A DNA stretch of 63,921 bases, counting the filler, from Sluysia triapertura (taxonomy: Eukaryota): the NCBI GenBank assembly GCA_046118255.1. It is 5 parts of 5 records of this genome, joined end to end, with 100 filler letters (N's around TTAATTAATTAA, not from the genome) between each part and the next. Parts side by side here need not be neighbours in the genome. Positions count along the whole stretch, not along the records: positions 40,177 to 53,182 come from JBJNIA010065739.1; positions 53,283 to 63,921 come from JBJNIA010191407.1; 3 more parts are not named here. The stretch is one strand, 5' to 3'. Shown here piece by piece: positions 40,915 to 53,722 of this stretch (position 1 is the first letter of the stretch; every line of letters begins with the position of its first letter). The notes beneath the pieces are model-generated. The model had not been told where the DNA came from. It was given only the letters and a program-made list of their open reading frames with translations, and made no database searches. The position numbers and the translations under genes are program-made.

Positions 40915-41080
40915 TGCTTGACAGGCCATACCATGTAAATGTCAAAGTTGTTTTAGTGTGTTTAATCTTTAAAAGAGGTTTTGATGATTTGTGTAAGAGT
41001 AATTCCTGATTGTGAATGTGGGAATGATTTGATGATGTAAAAGTATAAAATAAAACATTAGGAAATTTTTAAAACACTTA
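40915..41080 (+). mobile_element. Gypsy integrase C-terminal remnant
   Basis: Reads LDRPYHV; homologous to the reverse complement of 320-490. Confidence 0.45.
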
Positions 41081-42809
41081 AAAAGGGACAACATTCACGA
41101 GAGACAACAGAAAAGAAGATCAGTGTTTTTGGTAATATTTTGAATTTTAGTTTTAAATAAATATTAATTTTAATAAGGTGATTTTTGTGGTAATACCTTG
41201 AATTTTATTTTAAATAAAGTATATTTTATTTTTGGAGTTTTCTCTCGGGATATTTTGTAAACAATTTCATTACTCTTAGGGGATCAAATATTTTGAGTTT
41301 TACTTTAAATAATAATTTTTTAAAATAAGTTTTTTATTTTTTGGCGATTCACCCTCTGATATTCATGTGATATTTTCTAAACAATTTTAGTTAAGTTGAG
41401 GGGATCCTTTTTGATTTAGATAAGTTATATCTATTGTTCTTTAGGAATCCCCGTTTGAAATGACATTGTATCGTCAGATTTTAAATTTATATTTTTAGGC
41501 AGTTATTTTTTTGTTATATTGCATAACCTCTGAATTTAAATATTGGGTTATGCAAAAATGCTATTTATAATTATTGTAGAATTAATTTATATCTGATAAT
41601 TGTTAAAAATTTTTCATTGTAGATTTAATTAATATTAATAAATAATGATTTATTATTGTGATAAGAATTTTAAGAATTTCAATTATTATTAATAATATTT
41701 TTAAAACATTTTCATTTAAGATGCAACGATATTGTACTTGTTAATTGAATTTGTCAATTATATTTTATAATTAGAATTTGTATTCATTGCAATTAAAGAA
41801 TAATCAATAACTTGTACCTATTTTACGATTTCTGAAAATATATCAAAATTTTTAGCTGATTTAATTATGTATATATGCATGCACGTTTGTTTGTACGTTT
41901 ATTATTATTCACTTTTCTTTTTACATTTTATCGCTGTTATTACCATTGTATTGTGGTTATATCATCATTAACCTGAAGATTATAATGTTTATATTTGCTA
42001 ATCATTGAATTAACACTATCAATTACTCTACATTTAATTTTATCGTTAGATCTACTACAAAATTCTTACAAGTTTTCAAATATTCATAATTAAAAAACTG
42101 GTGCTTAAGGCACGGATCGGTTTCATTATTAAACGAGAATTTTGCAATATAAAAATACAAGGTTGTTCTATTTATTAACCACGACAGAAAATTTTAATCA
42201 TTCGTGAAACATAATAAGTCATAAAAACTACAATTCTTACGTCTCGCATTATTGATGTACCTAGCCGACACTTGATAGCTTGACGACCGAGTGGAATTTG
42301 AATTTGACAATCTAATTCCTTCACGTATGTAGATAACCACGCATTTGTCATTTTGATGCAATTTATACGCCGTATCATAATCCTTTACCATACTTTCCAG
42401 GTAAACGTAGACAAGTTTATAAGATTTAAAACTTAAGTTACTTAAGTTATGATTATCTTTTAAATTGAATTAATATAAAAGCTTTTATAAAGTTTTAACT
42501 ATTTGTAATAAATCAAAATTTTTGCCATACAAAATAAAATAAAGACAATCGAATATTAATTTTAAAAGAACAAAAGTGATTATTTTTATCGTAGTTATAT
42601 CGTGTTTGAAGGTGACGTTACAACAGAAATAACATATGAGTAATATAGTGTCATTAATTTTTTATCGCCAAATATTCCTTAAATTTAAGTATTTCAAATA
42701 ATGATCTAAATATTTAAAAGGATATTTTAATCGCTTAAGTTTATTATATTCATCATATTTAAAACAAGGTAAATAAGAAGCAACTGATATAGTGTCGGTA
42801 GTACTCTAT

Positions 42810-43163
42810 TTACGATACTTCTTTAATTTTAAATGTTTTTAAATTATCAAGTTCAAAGTCATGCATAGTGAACATATAATAAACCAGGTAATCTGCTGTT
42901 CGATCAACTACATCATGCCTCTTTATGAACATTACTACTCGATCACCATTATCACCAGCTTTTCGGGGTTCATCAAGTTCGAGGAGGATTGTGGTATCAT
43001 CATCTTTGAGATGTTCCTTTGTTGCATCTTTCACCTGATAGTAACACCATTGCATATTTAATGTTAATCCTTCACCTGCTATATCGCTTGAATCCACTTG
43101 AATTTCACACATGGTAAACCGTTGAACCATCGGACAATAATTTAAAAAATTTTGAATTTCCAT
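42810..43163 (-). CDS. Intact 117-aa ORF of unknown function
   Basis: ATG to stop with a balanced, globular-like composition. aaaaATGg start context; TATAAATAGG ~30 nt upstream. Confidence 0.55.
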   Translation of the reverse strand: MEIQNFLNYCPMVQRFTMCEIQVDSSDIAGEGLTLNMQWCYYQVKDATKEHLKDDDTTILLELDEPRKAGDNGDRVVMFIKRHDVVDRTADYLVYYMFTMHDFELDNLKTFKIKEVS

Positions 43164-43535
43164 TTTTTTGTTTTTGGATGGTTATCTGCCTATTTATATG
43201 CTACATATATGTTGTTACAGCACTATTAATTTAACTGGCCGTTGTGTGTATATTATTACTATAATTATCATCATAACCATCGTCATTACTGTCATCATTA
43301 TCATCATATTGATTGTGATCATGACTATATATGATTATCATAATTGCAATTATTATTATTACCACTGCCATTATTATTATTACTGCCATTTTATTAGTAG
43401 TAGAAATTAGGTTTTATGATGTATTTAAAAGTAACATTTGTTTGGGACAGTTTTCATATTATTGTTTTTGATGATTAGCAAAAATAAAACATATTTTTCG
43501 ATTACTGCTAATCAGGAAATAACGTATCACACGTG

Positions 43536-44165
43536 TTACATGATTTCTTTAAAATTTAAATCATATTTATGTTTGAGAAATACTGTACATGTACATACAT
43601 TTACAGCTGCTAAACATAAAATAAACTCCCGAACAACAATAAAATCATTCTTCTTCATAAATTGTAAAAGCTCTGTGATAAAATGAAACAGATTATCAAA
43701 ATCATAATTAAACTTTATTAACTGTTTAAAGGACAATTATTCTTTCAATTCTTCAACAGAAATACAAGATGATTTAAAAAGTTTTGATTGTAATACTTTA
43801 TAATTGTAAAGTTTATAATACTTTATGAGCATGTTTTAATAACTGTACAGATAATTGGATTTTATAACTTAATATTTTAATAGCTTTGAGAACAATTAAA
43901 TGTATGAGATCTTCTTTGCCCCAATATTAATAGAGTTAATATTTTTTAAACTATTTTCTAAATTTTCTTCTGAAATAACTTCTGCTTCAAGAATAGAAAT
44001 AATGTTGTCCATCATTTTGAAATCTCAATTATTATATCACCATTTTTGTTGGCCATCGTCAGCATTCTTCCGCAACTGCGTTCAAAGTGGAATATCTTTG
44101 CAATGCTGGACAAATCCGTAATTGTGTCAAAAGCTTCTGTCTGGTCACTTACGTTTGTAATCATA
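43536..44165 (-). pseudogene. Decayed ORF of unknown function
   Basis: MITNVSDQTEAFDTITDLSSIAKIFHFERSCGRMLTMANKNGDIIIEISK, then frameshifted pieces down to the 43536-43736 ORF. Confidence 0.35.
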
Positions 44166-44930
44166 AATAAGATAAAAGGGAAACTTGAACTAAGAGAAAA
44201 TAAGCATGTAACAAGTGCATTTCAGATATAAAAATATAAAATAAAAACTGAGAAATAGAGGCAAGAGGAGAGTGCGTCATAATGATGATAAAATTGACAA
44301 TGAACACTGAGTTTAATATTTTGATTTAAAAATGTTAATAAAAGAAATTTTACTAGGCGTTTGTGATTTTATAATGATAAGTAGTGTAATCTTGTGAATT
44401 ATATGTGTAAAATTTGCCATGGTGCAATTTTTGTGTTGAGATTTATGTAGATGGTTTATGTGATGTGTAGGTAGGTATGGGCTGGGCCACCTTATACTCA
44501 ACATCGGAAATCATCAAAGATTACTTTATAAAATCAGTCGAAACATTTCACATTAATTTAACATATCACACATAAAACTACATTTCATAACATTATAATT
44601 ATAAATACATTAGTTAACATTATACAAATACCTTTTCAGGAACTATCAAAACCTTTTTCATTTTAATTCCTTCAGATCCACTAGAACATTTTAAATGCAT
44701 AATTTTCAGCATCCAAACTTTACTGACATTCAAAACCATCAACGTATATCTAAAAGTTCATATAAAACATTTTTATTTATTATCTCACAACGTTAGAAAT
44801 GCAACTATATCCATTCATCAATCCCTGTAACATCTTTAGCCACATTGATACCTCTCATCAATCTATTAATATTTCAAAATATGTTAAGAAACTAGATAAA
44901 ATAAAAAGAAAGACCTTGTTAGAAAAGTAA

Positions 44931-45115
44931 NNNNNNNNNNNNNNNNNNNNNNNNNNNNNNNNNNNNNNNNNNNNNNNNNNNNNNNNNNNNNNNNNNNNNN
45001 NNNNNNNNNNNNNNNNNNNNNNNNNNNNNNNNNNNNNNNNNNNNNNNNNNNNNNNNNNNNNNNNNNNNNNNNNNNNNNNNNNNNNNNNNNNNNNNNNNNN
45101 NNNNNNNNNNNNNNN
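44931..45115. other. Intra-scaffold assembly gap (185 N, no linker)
   Basis: Plain N run. Confidence 0.95.
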
Positions 45116-45134
45116 TTCTAATTCATTGTTTGTC

Positions 45135-45295
45135 CATCGGTAGACAGATTAATTAAAAATAATTCTACATTTCATCTCAATTGTCTACCGATGATAGATA
45201 CTAATTGAAACTATATTACTCGTAACCTGATTGGATGTCCAATCAATTCCATTACATCATTTTAATATTATCTGTTGAGATTGGACATCCAATCA
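45135..45295 (+). promoter_or_regulatory. Double inverted-repeat module, copy 3
   Basis: IR1: catcggtagaca (45135-45146) / tgtctaccgatg (45182-45193), 12/12. IR2: tgattggatgtccaatc (45228-45244) / gattggacatccaatca (45279-45295), 17/17, containing four CCAAT boxes. Confidence 0.75.
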
Positions 45296-45444
45296 ACGTA
45301 TACAAGATAAAAATTAAAAATAGACAGAAATAAAATATTAGTACAAAAAATTGTTATGGTTATATACAAAAAACTGTTTTAGAAATTTTTATTGGAAATG
45401 AAGCTTAAAACAATTTTGATCCTTATATTAATGTTCACTTTGTA

Positions 45445-46359
45445 ATGAATATTTACAATATTATAATTATCGGTGAGTATGGAGTGATACAATATTATTA
45501 TTTTCAAGCCACTTCGATAACGGATGTTAAGAAAATAAAAATTATACTTGTCGGTCATAATTTAAAATTTAGTTATATTATTTATTCTGTTAGCGACAAG
45601 AAATTAGAAAATTCTAAATTTAAAGATAGATGTGATGTGTTTTCATATTTTAAAGAACAAAATAGTAATTCAATAAATGATTTTGCCAACCATTCTATGT
45701 CTCATGAATTACACGTATTATTGTTGATTATTATAAACCCCTTTAGTAATGAAATTAACGAAATCTATTGTAAACTGATGTCAGTACAAAATATTAGTAC
45801 AAAAAGCTTAACTTCTTCATTCTATCCATCTCAATTAAAAGAACTCATTACTATTAGTACAAACGATAAAAAGTTCATAAATTTAGATTTTAATCAAGAC
45901 TTCGTAGTTAATTATCAATTAATCAAACAAAATAAAAGTATCGATACGTTAATACCTGTTAATGTATTTATAATTCCCCATAGATTAATAGATGCCAATT
46001 CAATTGTCATGACAAATAGAGCATTATCACTAAAGGCATACATGTCAAATATGAAATCAAAGATTAGTCGTTTAAAGTTCTTCTACGGTACATGCAAACT
46101 TTTATACATAAATATATCAAGTTATGCTAACGACGTCAAGATGGCTATCTGTCCGTATGATATTACACCAACTGGTGAATGCTCAAAGTACCGTAAAATT
46201 TTTAAATATTGTCACATTGTCAATGAATTCAAAGATATACAGGCATATCCAGCAGATCCCAATGAACACTATGAACGAATAAATAGTCTCTTATCGAGTT
46301 TGGCAAGGTCACCTCATATGCAAATTTTCTCTATTAATGTGGTCAATGTTCATAATTGA
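45445..46359 (+). CDS. Cassette ORF 3, unknown protein family (304 aa)
   Basis: Uninterrupted 915-nt ORF in very AT-rich DNA. It shares IINP, FYP..LKE and EHY..MQ motifs with ORF 4159. Confidence 0.7.
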   Translation: MNIYNIIIIGEYGVIQYYYFQATSITDVKKIKIILVGHNLKFSYIIYSVSDKKLENSKFKDRCDVFSYFKEQNSNSINDFANHSMSHELHVLLLIIINPFSNEINEIYCKLMSVQNISTKSLTSSFYPSQLKELITISTNDKKFINLDFNQDFVVNYQLIKQNKSIDTLIPVNVFIIPHRLIDANSIVMTNRALSLKAYMSNMKSKISRLKFFYGTCKLLYINISSYANDVKMAICPYDITPTGECSKYRKIFKYCHIVNEFKDIQAYPADPNEHYERINSLLSSLARSPHMQIFSINVVNVHN

Positions 46360-46584
46360 ATCATTTAATTGAATCATTTTAGATTTAAAATATGTTAGGA
46401 ATTATTAAATAAAGAGATAGCAAGATCGTGTTTAATTTTGAAGAACAGGAATTTATGTATTTTTAATAATATCTTATTATTATTACTATTATTATTTTAT
46501 CTTTTTATTATTATTAACATTGGACTTTATAATTTTATCTGCTATTAAAATTCATTAATTTATTTACTATCAAAACTGGTATCT

Positions 46585-46730
46585 ACCATCACCAGTACTG
46601 ACATTGCTCATTTGTGTCAGCACTGATGATGGTTCATCACTTAACACTACTAATTACAATTTGTAATATTAGCCGTCCAATCAGTCTGATATTGAATATT
46701 TAATGATGCGAAATCTGATTGGATGACTAA
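46585..46730 (+). promoter_or_regulatory. Double inverted-repeat module, copy 4
   Basis: IR1: accatcaccagtactgaca (46585-46603) / tgtcagcactgatgatggt (46615-46633), 17/19. IR2: ttagccgtccaatcag (46669-46684) / ctgattggatgactaa (46715-46730), 14/16. Confidence 0.75.
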
Positions 46731-46866
46731 CTAGTGTAATTTGTTTACAAAATTATTAAGCTAAAAAATCACAATTGAATTTTTACAAAACTTATAAAAA
46801 TTTTAAAATTCGTAGGAATATTAAAAAAGGAATCAATTTACTAAGCTTAATTTTGAAGTCGAATCA

Positions 46867-48045
46867 ATGGCATCATTTCGTCAACTAGTAAACGAAATTA
46901 AAAAGTTTTATGGAACACAATTTTTAACCGAGAACAGCAGCAAATTATTTAGTTTAACAATTAGTAATTCATATACAAGATTCAAATGCGTCAATTTAGA
47001 ATGTATAGAACAATGTTATTCAATCCTCGTATGTAATTCAGGATACATAGTCCCAGTTTTAGAATGGATAAAAAGTTTGTTGCAAATTTACAGTTTTCAA
47101 TCATTGAATCCAATGTATACATATAGTAAGCGTTTATTATTTTTTAAAGAACTAATTCAGCCGCTGATATTGAATGTTTTAATGAAATATATTATATTTT
47201 TTGATTCCCAATTACTTTTAGAGAATATGTTGAAAGAAAAAAGATTAATACTACTTTTAATCAAACGAATAATGTTGATAAATTTATGATTATCTCAATT
47301 CATTTTCTGAAACGCTGCAATTGTAATAAAGAGAACATCGTCATTTCATTTAACATTTTGATGACTGTTCATAGTAAAGATATTTTAAAAATTGTAGCAC
47401 ACTATAATGTTCTTCTACATGTTACATATTTATTCAGTTATTTCACACTTTTTCATAATAAACCTTCGTGGTCACTTACCTTATTTTGTGTTAAATACGA
47501 AAAAAGAGATAAATGTTAGTAGTGACTCTGTTCACCATTTGATGAGTTATCTTATCCATTTTTAATGATAATATGAATTTTAATTTTATAGTTACATTAA
47601 TTGCTCGAATTTTTATAGAAGTTCTCAAGTTATTAGATTTACCAAATGTTTTAAATTATAAAATAAACTGTCTATAAAAGGTCTAAAAAAGATAAATTTA
47701 ATAGAATTGTTGATTATAGTTATGTTATTAGTGTTGATCATACAAACTTCTGTATGAATAGTTGTATGAGTATTTGCAGACTCGAATATTATGAGTTGTA
47801 TAATATTAATATGGAATTTATGCGAAAATCATACAAGCGCTATACAACAGATATTTTTATACTATTAGAAAGTTATTTATTGCAACATAATTTCAAAGTA
47901 AATGCTAATAAAATTAATTACACAGATCACTTATCGTTTCGAGACCAAAAAATAATGGGAAGGACATTACAAGTCTTACAATATCCTATAACACGCTAAT
48001 TCTGGGGCAAGACGGAATAATGTATGCGAAGACATGACAAATAAA
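46867..48045 (+). pseudogene. Cassette ORF 4, unknown protein, frameshifted (~390 codons)
   Basis: Consecutive same-strand pieces at 46867-47289, 47286-47519 and 47754-47999, starting ~137 nt after the module. Confidence 0.55.
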
Positions 48046-48312
48046 TCCAAACTTTTTGTTATAATTAAAAATAAAGAAATTGTTGTAGCTTTTGAAGCCT
48101 TTTTAATTTATTTTATTAATTCATCAATAATAAATTTAAATAAAAGTTTAATACATAATACTTACAATGAATATAGATTTAATAATATAAATATAAATTA
48201 TATCAATTCCTATTTAAAAATTAAAAGATCTATTGCTTCACTAAATTGTTGTCATTTAAAATCAATATATCAAAACCTAACTTTCCTAAAATAATGTTGT
48301 TATATACTTAAT

Positions 48313-48720
48313 AAGGTACTCAGGAGGCTCTTGATGTTTTCATGTTCACCATTTTGATTCCTTTTTCTACTTTTTTATTTTAATTATTAATGTATCAAAT
48401 TTATCTTTAATATTATTAATCATTATTTTAATCTTTGAATATTTTAAAGGTTCCAAACATTTTAAAAAATTCCTCGAAGGTTTCAGAAGTTAATTAAGGT
48501 CTTAAAAGTCTTCAAAAGCTCCAAAATATCAACATTGTCTTAAATGATCCCAAGATTCAGAAGTTCAAGTCATGTCATTATTTCAGATATTTTATATCAC
48601 TTTTCCTTATAAATATATCAAATTCTCTTAACTTTTAACCTAGTTTCTACGTACTAACTGGGCAATCCCAACACTATCCATTATATTTTCTTGTATTCTC
48701 TACTGACGATATAGAATGCT
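48313..48720 (-). mobile_element. Decayed Gypsy-like pol remnant
   Basis: Homologous to both 1075-1180 and 7700-8030. The minus strand gives KLREFDIF..IKYL, RNase H-like. Confidence 0.45.
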
Positions 48721-49242
48721 CACTTAAACATGGTGAATATAAAAGAATATGTTAAATATTTTAATTCCATTTTTGTAATTATAGTTATTGATTTTTAAAA
48801 TATATTTATTTTGTTAAAAATGAGCTAGCTCCTGCTTACAATTTATTATATAACTCAAAAATATGTCACATAATATATATTTATGTTTCATTGACATATT
48901 TAAATTAAATGTTTTATTCTCACCAAGTAAATTGAATCTTATTATACAAAGTGTGGTTTGTGCAATGAATTAAATGTTCTACATTTCATTTTTTAATTGG
49001 ACCTTTTTTGTAATGGCTTGCGAATCTTTACTTGGGCTTTAATTTTACAAGATGTCAAAAATTAACAAAACATCCAAAATAATTAAAAAGCATGAAAAAG
49101 TGTTCTTCAAATGAAATTCTAATTATTTAATCTATATAAAACAAAATATTTCTCCAAGTTGGAAGTTCACCTGATCTTAAAGAATTACATTGGTTGCCAA
49201 TAAAAGCAAGAATATAATTCAAAATAATGACAAATGCTTAAA

Positions 49243-49780
49243 TTACGGAAGATAGAAGGTGTGGTTGGTCAAATTCATGATGCCTCTCAGCCAACCAAAA
49301 GGGATATCTAATTCTTGAATAACGAATTTAGGGTCAAGCGCTATCAATATTTTATTATGAAATAGGTTTAAAAAGTAGGGTCTGACGCTGTCGATATCCT
49401 TAACGTCCTCAAAATACTTTGCTGTAATCAATTGTTTGTCACGTAGGAAGTTCTTGATTCGGGCATGAGTTTCATAGGCATCTCGGAGTGGAGTTAAGTT
49501 GATTATTAAAATCATAGGCCTGATGACACGCTACTAAAAAGAGTCTTTCCTCATTGAAGATAGACAAGGGAGGGACGTGGATATATGAAGTCCCACTGTG
49601 CCAACGGCCCAAGTTTGCCGGCGGAATTAAAATCGAGGACTTCCACAAAAATCCCACAATAACGGGTCAAAGCCGAAAAGTGAAGGGTCCAGGGACCCTC
49701 AACTCCACGCGCTACAGCAATATAAATGGTGTCAAAGTCTCAGGGGCATTAGTTGTACCATGCAAGGTAATTTGAGGATG
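49243..49780 (-). pseudogene. GC-richer frameshifted ORF of unknown function, downstream of gag
   Basis: Fragments DFDTIYIAVARGVEGPWTLHF...WDFIYPRP and the 90-aa ORF 49243-49515; clear compositional contrast with the flanks. Confidence 0.4.
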
Positions 49781-50504
49781 GTTGGGGAGTTAAAGAAAAG
49801 AAATGTGCAGCGAGATTGTAGGTTAGTTCACAGTCAGTTGAGAAAGAATCAGGGAAGCAGGAGATGATAGAGTAGTACAGAATCTATCTACAGAAATATA
49901 AAATGTCTTCAACTGGTTTATGATTTTAGCTTTGTTGTCTTTGGTTGTTTTCTACTACTATAGCAACTGTTAGTTACATAAAAAGATTAATTAATTCATC
50001 AATTAATTAATTTAATCAAAGTCTCGGGTTGTTCTATCCTGTCATCTAGACCTATTTTTCTTAATAATTATCTTGCTTTGAAATTATGTGGGTTATCTGC
50101 CTGACTTAAGTAAAGTAAACTTGGCCTAATACTCTGCCTATTAAACATATCTAAATTCATTCAAACATTTTTAGCAGTATTTTTGTGTTCAGTCAAATCT
50201 GAAAGAAATATGTGTATTTCCTTAATTAAACCGCTTTATGTGGGTTTTTGTGTAGTGTACTCCTTACTCTCTTCTTAATTTCCCAGAATGATTATTGGCT
50301 CGGAATCTGAGAGTTTATCATTACTTTCTTTTTCAAACAAACAATTAATGTCATTTAATACTGATCTGTTATCTTCTTCTTCAACATTCGTTATATTGTT
50401 GTCCCTCATCCATATACTTACAATTATTTAGCATATTTTCTTTCTTCTTCAAGTTGTTAGGAATTTTTAATTATTTTAGGTTTTCGTCGCTCTTCCGCTA
50501 GTTG

Positions 50505-50590
50505 TGCTTCCTTTTTCCTTTTGTCTTCCTTTTTCCTTTTGTCTTCCTTTTTCCTTTTGTCTTCCTTTTTCCTTTTGTCTTCCTTTTTTT
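50505..50590. repeat. 18-bp tandem repeat, ~4 copies
   Basis: gtcttcctttttcctttt repeated. Confidence 0.9.
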
Positions 50591-50889
50591 TTCCTTTACT
50601 AATTGCATGAAACACTCATGTAAGTAATTAATAAACATGTCATTTTCATCGTCATGTTTACTTTGGGTTGTTTTATTTCTTCCTCGTTCTGGGTACTATC
50701 CATCTTTGCCCTACGAATTCCCTTAGCATGTCTTCTTCTTCGTATGTTAGTCTCTGGGGGTGTCCATCATACTCATCGTCGTAATTACAATTTATTTGTT
50801 CTTCATTCCTATCCTTATAGAATATTACTCTCCTAGTGAAACTTGTCTGGAATCTGGCATCCTATTTAATTCTTGTTTAAAAGTATTTG

Positions 50890-51902
50890 ATCTTTATTTA
50901 TTACAATTTCAAGAAAAATGTCAATGCCTTCCACAATTATGACATACCAGATTTCCTTCTATATTTGTTCATGTTTTATAATTTTCTTTGTTGTTATAGT
51001 TAGATCTTACAGGACTCTTATTTCTCGCAGAAAAACTGTTATTACTGTCAGGCCATCTTTGTGATGGGCGTTGTTCGTATTTTTTCAAACCTAAATTGTT
51101 TGGTTGTCTTTTCTCGAATCCTCTCATATTTCTACCTGTATTATTATAATTTCTGCCTATGTTATTTCTTGGTGAAAATTTATTTGTATTTCTTCTATTG
51201 TTTCCTGGAAAATTATTAGCACTGTTATTATTATTATTATTATCACTGTTATTATTATTATTCAAAGAATTCTTATATTTTTGTTTAGGGAATTCACTAG
51301 GGTTATTTCTTACACCTTTAGTATAATCATCTATGTAACTAACATTATTTCTTTCTTTACCTCCAGTTCGTTCGATACCTCTTAGTTTATTAAATATATC
51401 CTTAAATGGTAGGGTAACAATTAAACTTACTTAAATTCCTAATTCGGGACGTAGCCCATTTTTAAATTTATCTATTAATGTGGCTCCTTTTTTATCTTCT
51501 GCAATTTTGGCTGTACATGCTAGACACTTAATTATGCAAGCAAATTCGTAAACTGTTTCATAGGATTTCTGTTTTCTTATATTTAACATCTTTGCGTAAT
51601 ATTTTCATATATCTTCTAACGCTATTTCCTCAGTAAAGGTATCAACAAATATATTCCAGTTTTGCTTATATGCATTACCTATTTCCTTGTACGTTTATAT
51701 CGCTACTCCGGTTAAATAGAATTGTATTCTCTTAATTTTTTCTAATTATGTTCAGCCATACTATCAAACTTAAATAAATAAAATTAAATAGGTCTTCCTC
51801 ATTGCCATTAAACTTACGCAATTGAGGAAATATCACCATTGGTTTAATATTCTATGTTAATTGGGTCATACAGTCTCTAAATTCTTCAAGTGGTGATGCC
51901 AT
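50890..51902 (-). mobile_element. Gypsy LTR retrotransposon gag pseudogene
   Basis: MASPLEEF..RKFNGNEEDLFNF..YLTGVA..LIDKFKNGLRPEL, an Asn/Arg-rich linker, and a decayed CX2CX4HX4C knuckle (CHNCGRH*HFS*NC) near 50910-50950. Confidence 0.8.
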
Positions 51903-52323
51903 TGTAAATCTTTTTAATGAATTACTTCTTAAAGTTCTTTAAGTTTCTTCTTAATTTTATCTTTATTATTACCTATTCTTAAATCTTAAACGTAACTACT
52001 TATCAATAAAATTACTTATCCAAACTTATCAATGAATCACGTAAAAACTTAGAAATTAACAGTATAGTTGTAACTTAAAATCAATTAAATTCGTAATAAA
52101 ACTTATCAAGTAATACTCGTAATTTAACTTAAACTTAGTAACACGATTCATTAAACTTACAATAATTCAACTTGATAACTTAATGATCAAAACAAATAAT
52201 CAAAACTTAATATGACTTATAATCGTAACAAGTTGCAACTTATAATACAACTAACAACAAGTAAATTTAACTTGCTTAAGAACTTAATAAATCGTAATCT
52301 TTTAGTCAATAAGAATATTTTCG

Positions 52324-52341
52324 TCCTCACTCTGGGCACCA
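52324..52341 (-). promoter_or_regulatory. Primer binding site of the Gypsy element
   Basis: TGGTGCCCAGAGTGAGGA lies ~420 nt upstream of gag and resembles a tRNA-Lys-type PBS (TGGCGCCC...). Confidence 0.6.
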
Positions 52342-53182
52342 AATTTTGCTGTGGTTTTCCTTAAAAGAACCTAACTAGCAAAATGAATAAGCTCTGAAGG
52401 TTAGTCCAACTAATTAGATACGCTTTAATCATGGACGGAGACGTTCTAATCAGATTTGTGAAAGAGAAAAATTATTTATTACTGTATGCTTATGATCAAT
52501 CACCTTGTTGGAATGATCTCACAAAACTTTAGTTCTCTATAATGTTTATTAAGTTTATATTTGTAATTTAAGTCAGCCTTTTTACGGCTTGACGAATCGA
52601 TATGTAATTTAAAAATTAAACCAGCCTGTTACGGTCTAATCTATGTAAATAGTTTAATGAATTGTAATACTCCCAACTCTCTAAAAAAAACAAAATGTTA
52701 GCAATTAGTATTAGTATAATAATAATATGAAATTTAATACCTTAAGCTTAAGTCTTAGGTATAAACAGTGAGATTTAAAATAAAAGTTGACCTATCCAGT
52801 TACGGTATAGGATATTCTAATTATTTTAATTAATTATTATCTTTTACAATTAGGATGTTATAAACTTATGTTAAAAAATTTATCTGTGCATGGACATCAA
52901 TATATATCTCCAATAGTTGGTGTTGGTAATAAATTCAAATGAATCCGCTTGAATTACTTCCAAAAATTACTTGAAATATTGTGTCTTAATTTCCAAAATC
53001 TGACTATATTTATATATTTATTGACTTCCATTTTAAAAAGTATATGAATTGACTTAGATAAACAAATGAACTATTTTTATATGTGCTAGTATTTTTCTTA
53101 TACCTAACAAATTACCTGAAGAGTCGGTTCGCCTAATATATACGTTTTACACCAAAAATTGGAGACGTACTATTAGGTTTTC

Positions 53183-53282
53183 NNNNNNNNNNNNNNNNNN
53201 NNNNNNNNNNNNNNNNNNNNNNNNNNTTAATTAATTAANNNNNNNNNNNNNNNNNNNNNNNNNNNNNNNNNNNNNNNNNNNN
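53183..53282. other. Artificial contig linker
   Basis: N44-TTAATTAATTAA-N44. Confidence 0.97.
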
Positions 53283-53722
53283 GGTAGTAAAAAAATGACA
53301 AATTCAATCTTTTTTTTGAAAAAGAATACAGAAAAAATAATTTTCAGTTGGTTTATGTTTTTTTCGACTGTCACTTGTTATTGTAGTAGCATTTAGGTGT
53401 TACAGGAAGAAAACACACATTGTACTATTGTTGGCGAATTAAATTTGTAATATAGATTACCATGGAATCAATTACACCTATTCAGTGTTAAGACAACACA
53501 TCTGTAAAAAATATTATTTATAATTATTAGTTTACAAAAAGTGTAAATTTTATTCTATCTCCATGACAACAAATAGGTATTCTTTCGTGTTCAAAAGTGA
53601 GTTTTATAAATATATATTTTACACTACATAATTCTCTGGACAATACCATCTTCTCATGACCACTCAGAGCCACTATTTTCAGATAATAGTGAAGTAAAAG
53701 TCAAAATAAGAAAAGGTTATAT

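Noticed and set aside
43168-43410. Ile/Tyr/His-rich ORF
   Set aside because: Translation of degenerate ATC/ATT microsatellite.
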